A stretch of 63,990 nucleotides of DNA, the filler included, from Circinaria calcarea (Eukaryota), in NCBI GenBank assembly GCA_051942165.1. It is 3 parts of 3 records of this genome, joined end to end, with 100 filler letters (N's around TTAATTAATTAA, not from the genome) between each part and the next. Parts side by side here need not be neighbours in the genome. Positions count along the whole stretch, not along the records: positions 23,714 to 47,198 come from JAVECS010000119.1; 2 more parts are not named here. One strand, 5' to 3'. The position numbers and the translations under genes are program-made. A model generated the notes under the pieces. It was given only the letters and a program-made list of their open reading frames with translations. It made no database searches and was not told where the DNA came from. Position 1 is the stretch's first letter. Each line of letters starts with the position of its first letter. Shown here piece by piece: positions 27,590 to 40,100 of the stretch.

Positions 27590-29000
27590 AAATGGGTCGA
27601 GTATTGGTTCTCAAGGTTTGGATCGAGATTGACTTGGTTCTCCCCAGCAATATTGCCCAATAAACGGAATTGACGAATCCCCTTTCATGATTTGAAAGCA
27701 GTTGCTCAAAGCGATGGACATGGTGTGAAAAGCTGTCTCCGTGATCGCAACAAGCAAGACTGCCAATGCGGCTCATAAATACACTACCACACAGCGCTGC
27801 GTTATCCAAACCACCAGATTTCTTAAACCGGGAACGGAGTTCCGCGCTTGAGTAGATTAGCCTAGGTGAGAATATGCTAAGAAGCGAGTGTACTTCGTTC
27901 CCGAACGCGGAACGGAAGCCTATAGCCGCAAGATAGAAAATATGCTGGGATATTGGTCCAGAGCTTCGACTTTACCTCTATATCCTCGCCATATTGGTGT
28001 TCACTAGGCTATGTGATTGGCTTCTCAATTTTTCGACTTCCCAGTTCCATCTTAATTTACTCTCCCAGTGAACAGCTTCAATCGGTCGCTTCTTCCCTTC
28101 AGCCGCGCTACACCTTCCTTCAGGAAATATGGCACCCGTATAGAGACCGCTGAAACGCGCTGCATATCTCGACTTTTTTTTCATAATAAGACGAGGCTTT
28201 CAGCTCAATTGCTTCAGGTTGAGCTCCTATCAGCCTTTATTTACCGTGCGCTGCATGGTCAGCTATCAATCTCCAAACGTTGTCAAGAACTGAAAAGCCT
28301 ATTGGAAACGTCTCACCGTGTCCCGGCAGACGATTGTGGGACCTAATGACATCGCTTGTAACATCCATGCCATAATTGGGCAGGAGTCTAATCGTAAAGC
28401 TAGATGGGATCGCCATGCCGAATAAAGCCCGTGTGTTTGCGATTCATGGAGCGGTGATTTTTTAAAAGTGGTGCGTACTAATCGTCTTTCTCTGACAAGA
28501 GGTGTGCATAACTTCTGTGAGAAACTTGGTTCAACAGGCTTTGTAACGTTATTAGCCAATAATCCACATAGTAACTTCAAATTTATATAAAGGTCTTTAT
28601 ATCTTTTCCTGCTAAGTAGCAAAACCTGTATGTGGGAAGCGGTCGCGATGTGGGGGAAGGCTGCATGCGAGGAGGAAGCGACATCTCCACCCGCGTGGAT
28701 ATTAGGTATTTTATTGACCCAGGGGCCATTCTAGCAGCTCCTACAGACATGACCACCATTGCATATGGTGCTTGGTCCCATAGAGCCTTGTAGACATCTT
28801 TCCATTGTTCCGACGTGGTGAGATCCGACATGCAGCCATTTTGATTCATGCATTCTATCTTCTCCCTGACAATGTTTGATCACACAAGGAACTAACACTA
28901 TACAGTTGTGAGGTATATAGATACCTTGCTTTGTAGCTGTTGTGTCAATGGATGGCGTTCCCCTACCCACCTGGTCGGTTTGACGTACTTTTCGATCATC
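27590..29000 (-). pseudogene. Decayed gene of unknown function
   Basis: Overlapping protein-like ORF fragments (28583-28849, 28299-28622, 27978-28184) broken by stops, with an intron-like GTATCT..CAG near 28.9 kb. Confidence 0.35.
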
Positions 29001-29213
29001 GTGGGTGACAAAAACTAGTTAAGCTCCCGGAAAACTGTTAGATAAATACCAAAGCTACCCCGGAAAGGACAAAAGCCCAGAGTGCAGGGTCAGAAAGTCT
29101 CCCTTTCTTTTAGTCTTTTAAAGCGAGCTAGTAAGCCGGCAAAATCATTATTATTAATTCCCGCAAATTTGGTTTGCTGGTGCTTTGCGACTGTATTGCT
29201 GATATACTGATTT

Positions 29214-29960
29214 TTAATTCGCCACATCTCTGACTATTACCACGAGAAGCTCCAATCTGGTGGTGTTAGAAAGTCCGACGATGTTACAATACTGGAAAAA
29301 CTTGTAGAAAGCGTTGTAATAGTCGTGATTATCGAGTGTCGGGACGGTTGATTTTCCATCTGAGCTGTAGATGCTGAAGGCATGCAGGAACTTTTCATAG
29401 TTGAAGAACGCACGACCAGAAACAAAACAGCTATACCTCGTTGCCATAGCTTTCCTGTAGCTTTTATAGTATCCTAGTCATGGCACTGATCACAGCGCTC
29501 AACTATTGGACAATCCATCTAGGCCATACACCCCTCAAAGCGTCCGTGAGTCCCACCGGCCAGTGCTCCTGATCTTTAGCCAGGATAACGCCCAGCATCC
29601 CCGGGAGTCTCGTGAGAATCAACGCTATTGATCACGTTGGGTTGATGATTTTCATCGTCGTAGGTCTGAGAAGTGCGAGTATCGAGGCAGCTCATCTGCG
29701 GGTAGCTTTCTCGTTGGCAGCTTCAGCACGCCACTGATCTTTCTTTTGTGCTTAAAGACGCTTGCGAGCAAACTAGGATGGCATATGCTTGAAGATGGAG
29801 TTCGCTCTATCATCTAATAGACCTCGTTAATGCATCTTCGGTATCGTGAAAGTCCTTAATGATATCGTCATAATGGCTTACTCTCGGTCGTCCAAGAAGA
29901 CCATATGCCGGCTAGGGTCATCAGTTTCACGAGGAGGAGTGGCGGAGTCAACGCTTACTC
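29214..29960 (-). pseudogene. Decayed gene of unknown function
   Basis: Protein-like fragments in shifting frames (e.g. ORF 29214-29447; 'GMLGVILAKDQEHWPVGLTDALRGVWPRW'), same orientation as the neighbours. Confidence 0.3.
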
Positions 29961-31149
29961 ATATCTTTCCAGGGAGTATTGGCGGGGGGTCGGTGGGTGG
30001 GAGACAGGTGGCGCATGTATGCTGGTGGAAGGGCGTCTTACACTGGGCGTATTTGCCAAGCCCCACGGTGTCCTCCCGGGAGGTCTGCGTTTCAACCCGA
30101 GAAAAGTGATTATTATCCCGCTCTCTCTCTTCAACACATGCTCCTGGCTCGAGCAAGCGCTGTCTGGCCACATTCAATTAATGTATATTCGGGAAATTCC
30201 CGTCACCCTATCCGTTTACGGAAGATCCGGAAGTCTTGCTGAAGGTTAGAAAAATGATACCAACTAAGCACAATCCACACCCCGTATATGAGGTTCTGAA
30301 AAAACAACTCTTAGCGTACTGCAGCGCTTTGCATCGTTGTCTGCTTTTCATCTCCCTGAGCATAACATGAGTTAATCAACATTGATATTACAGGCCAATG
30401 CCGTTCGTAATTCGGAGAATACTGATAGCCTTTGCGAATGTATGCCGCAATAAGTAGTACCTTGCTGGAGATGACTCGCTTATGTGCGGCTGTAAAAGGG
30501 ATGGCTGTGGAGAAAGCAGAGGAGACTGAAGACTCTCGTTACTCCTGACCTTCTCTGTCTCTACACCTTAAACAGGACCCATCCTCTTATTTCCTCGCCG
30601 AAGCCACATTGCTCTTAGATCCGTCGTAGTAGCTCCGACCAGAGGACTCCAGTAAACAAGTTATCATCATGCCCTTCTTTTGTCTCCTCCGAGAGGATAT
30701 GACAACGTAAGGTAGGTCATCATATCATCTTTTCGGGTGTGCCGCACATAGATACCAAAGCCCTCGGGTCTCGAGGCTTTCAAGGAGATGCGACGTCGAG
30801 GCCTAGCTTAATGCAAATGGTTGGCGCTCGGGTCCGAGTCTCCAAGTAACAAAGGCTCATAATCCTTCATCTGAAACCTCATCCAGCAGAGCCGGCCCCG
30901 GCTACATTCATCCCAGCTAACTCTTCCACCGACATGCCGGAGCAGAATGGGAAAAGTGGGGACCATCTAAAGAAGAGAGCCGCAGACCAGCCGAGCACTT
31001 CCAGCTCTACCAAGAGATATGGCTGACGTTACAGTGCATTCCTGCCTCTGTGGAAACATATACCGGAGCTCCGATATTTATCGATATGCCTTTAATTGCC
31101 CGAGCACCAAACACCTCTTCCAATGGCATTTGTGTGATATTTCACATCC

Positions 31150-34050
31150 CCTATCTAGTCTGCTCTCTCAAGTTAACCCTTGGGTTCAATAAGCCGTAGA
31201 GGTCAGGCTTTGGTTTAGCTGAAAATAACGATTGTATAGTTACCAAGGGTCGTGCTTGTCGCCGTACCGACAATAGGTTTATACCCTCTTTCGTTCAATG
31301 ATTATTGGGATTACTTGTTGATCCGCTTTGTCCGTCAAATGGATTCAACGATGCTCTCTCACAGATGAGACATCCTTAGCAATGTTCTGATCGTGTGCCG
31401 TGTTTTTTTCCCTTTCGCTATAATTGTACCACGATAAGTAAAGGCCACCTTCTTGTCACATTTTTTTTAGAGACCTTTTGTTTCTTGAACCGATCAGAGC
31501 GAAGCTACTCAGGCTTATGAAGAAACATAAGTTCTTAGTACACCGTAGGATTGTATCCATTTTATGCTGCTCAGCGAAGCTAAGCCACTGCAACTTTCAC
31601 TCCCGGTATCCTAGTCCGACGGCATGGGACGTCCGTGGACGACGATGAAGTCGTCAATAAACTTGACTAGTAGATCAAGGTAACCCCCCAAAACAGAAGT
31701 CTTCCAACCGTTTTCGACCTCCAGACCAAGCAGATCTGCGGTTTCAATCACCTGATTGCCAAGGACAAATTTCACCTTCCTTGGTATGGCATCATGATAC
31801 ATTTCCATTAGAAATTCAATATCAACGTGCGACAGGAACGACCACCAGGCCAATTGTCATTGGGCAGTAACCCCCGTTGCCAAAGTCACCATAAACGAGA
31901 CTTTTCGCCATTGAAATAAGAGTCAGGAGTATGTACCTGAGCGCCGTTTCAAAGAACGCGACTACAAGCAGTGGTTCCGAGCAGCCTTCACGCAGGCTAG
32001 AGTGATTCGTAAAGGTTCCAAACCTGTTTCTCCCTCGTGTTTATGGTATAGGCCCGGAGTCCCGGTATTCTGACGACGCCCTACCGCTGGGCAGTTTGGG
32101 CCGGATTATTGCGTTTATTTTCCGCGTAGTATTTAGTATTCGGTCCACACTGATCGTTCTTTCTCTACTATTTTAAAATAGTATACCAAGACCCTGAGTT
32201 CTTTCGCGGTTGAACCTCGTCGTCGTATATCTCGAGCATCAGAACCGAAAAATGACCAATTATCCGATACCTATAATCCTATTCATGCAAACCAGGGATA
32301 TACGACTTCTATACGTCCTAGGTAGATTATTTCTCATTTTTATTAAAAGATTCCTAAAATAAGTGGCTTAATAATGCAATAAAAACACCTAGAATGTCGA
32401 ATTATAGAAATCTGTCACACTTCCTCTGGTTTCCCTCCACGTAATACGATGTTAGTTTACTAGTTTATAATCTCCACAAGACTGACTTACTTTTTGTAGG
32501 GCCAGGGGCTCTACGATTCCCATAGTACTATGGCCTAGTACAGAGAATCTCTGAAGTATCTTGTATAGTTTTCCGCTCATCTGACGTATACGAAGAAATG
32601 ATTATTTTCTTGGAACTTTCAGGCTCTGGTTTAATTCCTCTATTCTTTATAAGTTATTAAACCCATCTGCTCAGGCCTAGTAGCCATAAAGTTTTAGTGC
32701 CCTATGATTGAAACTCTAGAACAACCGTGAATTTGCGGCATTCCCGTATCCCCCGTGATTTTCAAACCCTTCAGGCTGCATATTGTCTTCTCTGTCAGCT
32801 GTTATAAGGATCCAGTGGTTCTCAAGAAAAATCCACTGGAGCAACAACTAGAGAGTCTTGATATCATAACTGTTTCCTTTACATTGGAGCTATTGCCTCT
32901 AGTACTACGGTGAGAGGTTTAGCCATCTGGCCGGCAGACTAATAGTATCGGCTCCGAACCGGAGTATGTTTCAGTTATTCTGTTATCAGTGAGTATAGCA
33001 CGCTCAAGGCATCATTTTATATTTGACCTAGCTCGCGTTGAATAACTGGTTAGATATTTAACCCTCTTTAGGTGAGTCAGAATTTCTAGAAGAGCTTGCC
33101 ACGTGAGCCGTAGATTAGCCAAAGGCAGTGATTTTTAGGATCAATTGCATTACGCTGATAATACAGTACTGTCTTCCAAGATCTTGTGAGCAGTACCCCT
33201 TGCCGGTTTCTTCTGGGGCAGGACGCTTGGGTTTCTGGATGTAGCTATGATGATGGACTCTTGCTCGTTTCGGAGATATTCCTAGTGTGGAGAAAAAAGG
33301 TCTAAAAGACATCGAGAGACACTAGGAGCCACAAGTCGAAGTAGTGGTGAAGTATTCCATGGCTCTTCTCTATGTATATTCGACCAAGAGCGATATCAGT
33401 CAGTATAGTGTCGGTGTGCCTAAGGAGGCTTCGATGTGAGGTGGAGTACTCCCCTTAATTGTTGCAGCCCAAGATCCTGGAATGGCTTTGAGCCTCCCCT
33501 CCTCTCAGGAAATGGTATCTCGCTAGCTTCCTATCCCAAACAATAGATACGCCTTGTTCTTACACGGAAAGTTCGTAGCATAAGATACTAGCGGTAGAGA
33601 AAGTACTTGCTCCACTATTGACTTCACTCACAATTCTCCTATACCGCTCTAATCTCTCACCGAGACCCTACCCTCTTATCATCCCCCGCAGAAACCCATG
33701 GTATTATACTGTAGTTAATAGCCTAGAGATACTTGAATTCTCATGTCTGAGTCGAATCCTTCGAGAGAATGGATGCTATCCATTCTCAATTGTCCCATAC
33801 CGCCGCCAGCCAAAGGAGAGAGGTGTGAGGATGGCAGAGAGGGTCGAGAAACAACCCTGAAGTTATCTCAATATTACTTACTCTTGGTAAGAGCTCAAAT
33901 GGCTGTAGGGAACATGAATCTGCTAAGAGGGTTTGTGAAGATGAAAGGAATAAGAGCTAAATGTGCAGGAGGTTATCGGCTCGAGGCCGGAAGGGGTTCT
34001 ACAAGTACGTCATTCAGGGACCAAAGGCTTCCATTCGAGAAAGTGGTCAT
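31150..34050 (-). pseudogene. Long decayed gene with a C-terminal Ulp1/C48 peptidase-like segment
   Basis: 'VKFVLGNQVIETADLLGLEVENGWKTSVLGGYLDLLVKF' (~31780-31660) resembles the I..DL..L....WL...VI..YL.LL start of Ulp1-type domains. Upstream fragments are stop-riddled, and catalytic His/Cys motifs are not clearly recoverable. Confidence 0.4.
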
Positions 34051-34783
34051 ATATAAAGTACTGTACGAGCCTACACGTTGCGAGTTCTAAGTAGCGATGC
34101 AACGGTATCCTACATCCGTCGGCAAGCCTGTGAGATGCGCAGAACACAGTAAAGCTGCGCCTTTCATAGCTAACAACAGTCTACAATAAGCTCGCTCCAA
34201 AAAAGCTAGCTACAGTGACTGCTTTTCTAGGGTAGCAGGCAGCCAACACTGCTACATGTGCCAGCATTCTCCCTTTCATATTCCCAGTAGATTTTCGTTT
34301 CCCTCGACCACCAAACCGGTCCCGAGGGGATTTCTCAGTCGTTTAAGAAAAGTGCATAGGAAAGAAATTCTAGTTCACCGCCCAAATCGCAAGCAAGCAA
34401 GCATACTTATGTCGAAGGTATTCAGAAAAAAGACAAAGAAAACTCATAAGCTCGTTCCAAGTATCTTAGTAATCTAGGCACGTAGTGAAACTGCATGCAG
34501 CGCCAATAAGAGGGCTGGTCAAGATATGTAAACAGTCAACAGACGAAGCTAGATGCGGGTATGTGATGACCGAAGCAGATCATGTATCGCGTATTTCATG
34601 CCGCCCAGTCAATGGTGATAGGAAATTTATTCCCCGCTCAGTGGATATTTTGACCTCAAAATCAACTAATTGGCGGAAAGAATGCCATCGAGCACAATCC
34701 CAAGTGAAGTCAAACGCACATCAAATGCGGGGCAGGGAGACGTTGGCTCGGCTATGAGCCGTCGCCGAGGTAGCCACGCTGGT

Positions 34784-37173
34784 TTATATTTGCCCTTGTA
34801 GCAAGTGCTGAGCCTGTATCAGCTGACTGGGAGCCGCCATTGTCATGCTTGGCCCTGCCAGAGGCCCTCCTAATGACATGCTCACTCCATTTCCAGACAT
34901 CGTGGTGACGTTGGACAATGAACTTGGTAGGTAGGTATGGCTCTGGTTTGGTGATTCTTCGTCGAGCACACCAAATTCGTGTTCGTCATTCTCGAGATCT
35001 TCGTCGCTATAACCTCCAATTTCGCCATCAGCACGAGGCTCATGGATTCGACGATGTCTACAAGCAACAAATTAGCCGAGAATCGACATCACTTCTTTCA
35101 CGGAGGCAAGGTGTACTAACTGGGCGAGGTTATCAGATCGTGAAAATGCCTTGCTGCAGTGGGGGCAGATGTATGGGCGCTCTTGAGTGTGGGTCCGTAC
35201 GTGCCTAACCGCCGGCATGCAAGGTCAGCGGCTGCAGGTCGCCCCACGTCAAACCACCCGCAGTAGAATCAACTTACCGTTTTAAATGCTCTAGACGCTT
35301 GAAAAGGCGCCCGCAAGTGGGAATTGGACAAGAATGTGACTTCTGCGGGTAGGGACCAAGTTCCATCATAGTAGCACTTCGCGCCCGACGAATGGGGCCT
35401 GATCGGCCAGTGGGACTGGTATTGAGTGAGTGGGGTGTCAACTCATCGTGATAGCTCGAGAAATCGTCATGAGGTTGCATCATGGTCACATTTTGGTGCG
35501 CTGGACTGCCTTCCATAGTGGGCAGGGGTGTGCCCTGACGGGAGAGTTCGAGGAGCTCTTTATGATGCGCAATCATACTCGAGTAGCCGTTGGTGAGAGC
35601 TGGTGGAGAGTTGCAATCGCCTTCATCACCTTCAGCGACCGGGCCCACTGAAGTGGAAACAGACCGGCGAAGATCGCTTGAGCGGTGCGGTGCATGTGGC
35701 ATCCCGTTTGCAGCGACTGCTGCAACGGCCGCCCCGACACCAGGAGGAATCGATGAGCGTCGCCTTCGTTGCTTATAGGTGGGTGAGCCTTCTATGACCG
35801 AATAGACATTATTCGAAGGATAAGATCGTGTGCTAGATGAATATTGTGTGCCTCCAAGGTTCGATGTAGGTAACTGCATCATGGGATGATAGGTATGTGA
35901 AGAGTTTACATCGTGGATTGCGGTATAAAGACCTGTGTCTTCGTTGGCGATGTATGCTGGCTCTGTTCCAAGGTGTTGCGCATGTTGAGGTGGAGTGACT
36001 GGCTCGAAAGAAATACCGCGATTACTGTAGTCTTCGTACTGCGAAGACACAAAGGACGGCGCGGGAGAGTATTCCATGTAAGCAGGCATAGAGGTATGGC
36101 GCTGATGAGCTCTAGAGAGGGGTACTCCGTTTCGATCATACTGTATCTGCCCATAATCCTGCTCCCGTTTTACCAAACTAGACGCTATAGTTGAAGGCAT
36201 CGAAACTTGAGAGTACGCAGCCATTGGATGGATGATTTCTTCCGAGGCGTTGGATATTGATTGCGGTACAAGTGATGGCGGCGGCATCGAATCAACGGCT
36301 CTTATTACAGGAGAAGTTGACTGCGAATATGCATTCCCGGTGTGCGTTGAAAACGATGATGAGTTTGCTTGTTGCGCCTTGGTAAGCTGCTCGAATAGCG
36401 ATTGCGACGAATCAAACTCGAACGATAGCGCTGGCTCGTTCACCGCCATGGTCGTCGCTTCCTGTCCCATTTTCTCCCTCTTGAGATCTCGTTCCAGGGC
36501 ATCGAGGAAAAGCCGGTCATGAGGAACGCTGTACCAATAGAAGACTTTCTGCTTTTTCTGGGTGCGAATACAGTTGTTCTTGTAAAGGAAGTCGAGAAAA
36601 GGACTCTTCGGCTCTTCGAGTGAAGCATCGGTCCCAGACTTCAAATTGCGCAGATCAGAGAAGATACCTTCCTCGAATTTCTTCGAATTCTTCACCGGTC
36701 GGCCGAAGGCTTGGAACCTGAAGGAGAGGCATCGCACAATGTCTGTGCCTGAGATGTGAAAGAGGTTATTCCTACGTCGCCGTGAGCAAAAGTCAAGCAG
36801 GACTCTGGCGGCAGCTCCACTGACCACAGAACACAGGAGACATATTCGCCGGTTGGAAGCAGGAACCTTCGGATATACTGATCTGGCGTCCAGTCGACAG
36901 GAGCAGATATAAGAAAGTACTTGACTACACCACGGTGTCAGCGACGTTGCTTGCCAGCATGTGACGTTTGGTTGGGATCCTGTCTGTAATCCCATCTGTA
37001 ACGTGCGACAGAACTCGTGCTGATACAGCGAGCTCCAGGTGGTACTCACGATTATCAACTTGCTGGAGGGCTACCTGAGCGTCCTGTGGTAAGCTCTGTT
37101 GGGCTTCGTTCGAAAGCATAAAGGTTTCTGGTTTCTGAGGCGGCGCCATTGCCGCGTGATTTTGGGAATACAT
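34784..37173 (-). CDS. steA: Ste12-like transcription factor (STE homeodomain + 2 C2H2 fingers), 5 exons (37173-37050, 36924-36825, 36771-35278, 35204-35121, 35057-34784)
   Basis: '[12 protein letters not shown]', '[35 protein letters not shown]', '[23 protein letters not shown]', '[21 protein letters not shown]'. Confidence 0.97.
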
Positions 37174-40100
37174 GGTGAAGCCTTTTTCGCTGGAGATCCA
37201 ACCCCGTGCTGACAGTATCTGTGACTTGATCTGTATAAGGATGTTGCGCCTATAGGGTTGGTGCCAGGTCAGGGAGGCGGTGCTCGTAGCGTCCTCGAGT
37301 CCACACACGGGAAGATGGAAGCAGGTAAGCCACCGACTCGATCAACGGCAGTAGCAAATAGAGAACAGAAGCGACCGTGGGGTATCTGAGGTTCGGATGA
37401 TACGGCAGGGTATGATGAGGGCCTGCCTCTAACTGTTGCGGTTTGGGGAGGTGTCGGAGATGGAGCGCAGACCTGCCCGGCTTCCTCACCGAAGCGTTAT
37501 GACCGAAAGATATAAGGGTGCTGGGTAGAAATGGAAGTAAGAAACCAACGTCAATCACGAACGACCCTCGCACGAGCCAATTCACGATTCTACGGCGAGA
37601 AGGTCGGGGGGGATTTTGGTGGCCAAGGGGATGAAGGACGACGAGGTGGGATTTGCAAGATGGAACAAATCCGAGGGCCAGCAGGCGATACGTCGGAAAA
37701 CCGGGTGGAGTTTGAGAATTGGAGCGAAACAAGCGCCGAAGGGGGAGAGCCGCTTTTATTTTCCCTTAGCTGATCCTCAGACCATCAGGGGTGGCTGGAT
37801 ACCCCCGGTCCGGCTTAATCAGTAGCCCGAACGGCTTGACGAGTAAGAGTCGGCGAATGACGAGCTGTGAATCTACTGGCGAACTCCCTCATGCGATGGA
37901 TATCGACGGGATCATTGGTGGTTGATACCCCCTCAAGTGCACGTGCTGATCACTCGGGCGCCCTCCCCATCCTAATTCTAATGGCTGTGCGGCGACACCG
38001 ACGAATACCATAGAGTATCACCCCAACCCAGAAAAATCCCCACAGGCAAGGAAAATGGGTTGGAAATTTGGAATCGATGGCCGAAGTTTGGTGACCGACC
38101 GCCTGCCGCGACAGTCAACTTGGGCCTAACTTTGGCCAGCGAGGGTATTGCCGGGTTGTGCAAGGGACTTGTAGAACGGGAGGCGTAGGCGCAGGTACGA
38201 TTGGACTCAGGCAAGAATATCATTACAGAGTGCCCTACGATTTCATTGACAGGCTCGGGAATCAAGTAAAGGTCATTTGGGGGTAGACTGGGGGAATGAG
38301 GACCGCCGGAGGATGATTACTGCCCGATGACAGCTTGTCGCGCGGGGAACGAATCAGTATTGGCCATGGTGGGCAGTGATGGAAGTTGGACGCCTAATCC
38401 TCTCCGTGTCGGTGATGCAAGAGGATGACTTGGTCGAGAGATCGTGGCAGTAAGTCCGTATTGACGACTTTTCAAGGTTCGCGTTAGAGGATGTATGTGT
38501 CCGAATGGGGAATGGGCCGTAGGTCAACCAAGTATCTCCGTGCTCGTCGATGAAACGGTAGATCAGGGGTATCGCTTGAATTACGGCCACTTTATCCCTC
38601 CAAAACATGTGCTTCTGTAGGTGATCCAGGAATGGTGGGAGAGCCGATGTTATTCGCTGCCGGAATAGGATGGTGGGCAGATGCGCAATATTCTGCATGG
38701 GCTTGCCATCTAGGGACTCTAACCAATCAGGCCCGGGTCGAACCGTGTACTTTACCATCCTGGTTTCCAAGACATGACTGAGCCGCCCGATCGGTGCCAC
38801 GGGTGTACTGTTTAACATCGTCTTTGAAGTACCGCATATAGCACATGGAGCTTATGTGCTATCCGACACAGCACTCAGTAGTACAGATGTGCTGATCGGC
38901 CGCCAGGAGCTCATTATCTATATATTCTAGACTCTGAAAAATCCAAGGACAGCGCTGTATACGCCTTAGGCTCAGCGTGGAAGTTCGAAATTCAACAATG
39001 GCTTGACAGGCCCACTGTACCGACTGGATGCATTTTTGCATTATCAATATGAATTAAACTAAAGCGCCGTGCTCAGTTATACTTTGCTTTTTCAAGAGAC
39101 GGAAAGCCGCCTCACCGCTCTCCGTGTCAAAGGAAGTAAGACCAGGTCTTTGAAGCTCTAAGAATACGGAGTAATCGCAGTCTCGTGCTCGACAATAAGA
39201 GGAGCGGTAAACAGCAATCCGATGGTCCAGTGTCGAGCCACGACTTCACAGGATAAGCCAACGTCTTACAGTCGTAGTCACAGTCAATCGGAAGGAAGAT
39301 CCAGCAGCAACGGTAGTAATGTGGCTAGTCTTACAGGATCATGTAGTCGTACCGTAACTGAAGGATGGTGGTGGTCTTCCAACTTTCTTTCGTCACCAAA
39401 CCGGCGGACGGCGGGTTGCACTCACAGGAACGATTCATCTGAAACGTACCCATGACACGCTTACCTTCCCCATGTTGCTATATTTACCCTTCTTCTAGAC
39501 TACCTCGGCAGCGTTTCGCCGCCATCAACGGTTTCGAGCCAATCACAACCATCAGATTTAGCGTTGCGCTTGACGAATCGTTAGACTCCCGCGTTGAATA
39601 CCTCTGCGACAACTGTTGGTGGCATAACCGAAGAATCACTTTGATCTTCCGAGCACGCTCAAAACCAATAGCTCGAGGTATGTATTAGATATGAGGAGGC
39701 GGATAGGTACCTTCACTACACAAAAGGGCGCAGATCCCGCCGCCTAGAACTGCAGACAGATTATCCCCGTTAAAGGAGAAGACTTAGCTGTTGTTCTTGC
39801 GGGAAGCGTGCCGCTGTTGGAGTACTTGTGCCTATTTCTGTACGTGCGAAGTGCCTCCTGCCGGGCATGGAGGATTGGCTCCGAAGCTACTGCGGGTCTT
39901 GGCAGACCTACAGCACGACCTCATGGCTCGAGCAGAGGGGAAAACCCATCCCCTTTCTCTCCCCTCTACCGTTTCTGAAGCGAAGCGGGTAAAGCCCAAG
40001 GCTTGTTTCTGACCATTTGTCCGGAGCTTATGCAGGTACCTGCTGCAGCGGGCACCCTGCGGCTGACCATGTCGTCTTGTAGAGGCTGGCTACACGGGAG

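Noticed and set aside
29400..29447. C2H2 zinc-finger-like 'YSCFVSGRAFFNYEKFLH'
   Set aside because: It lacks the second Cys and properly spaced His pair; too weak to call.
30660..31030. Possible small plus-strand gene remnant (ends ...KKRAADQPSTSSSTKRYG*)
   Set aside because: Too short and interrupted to support a call.
23714..34100. Calling the island a Starship or a specific transposon family
   Set aside because: No DUF3435 tyrosine recombinase, DDE transposase, reverse transcriptase, terminal repeats or target-site duplication could be recognised.
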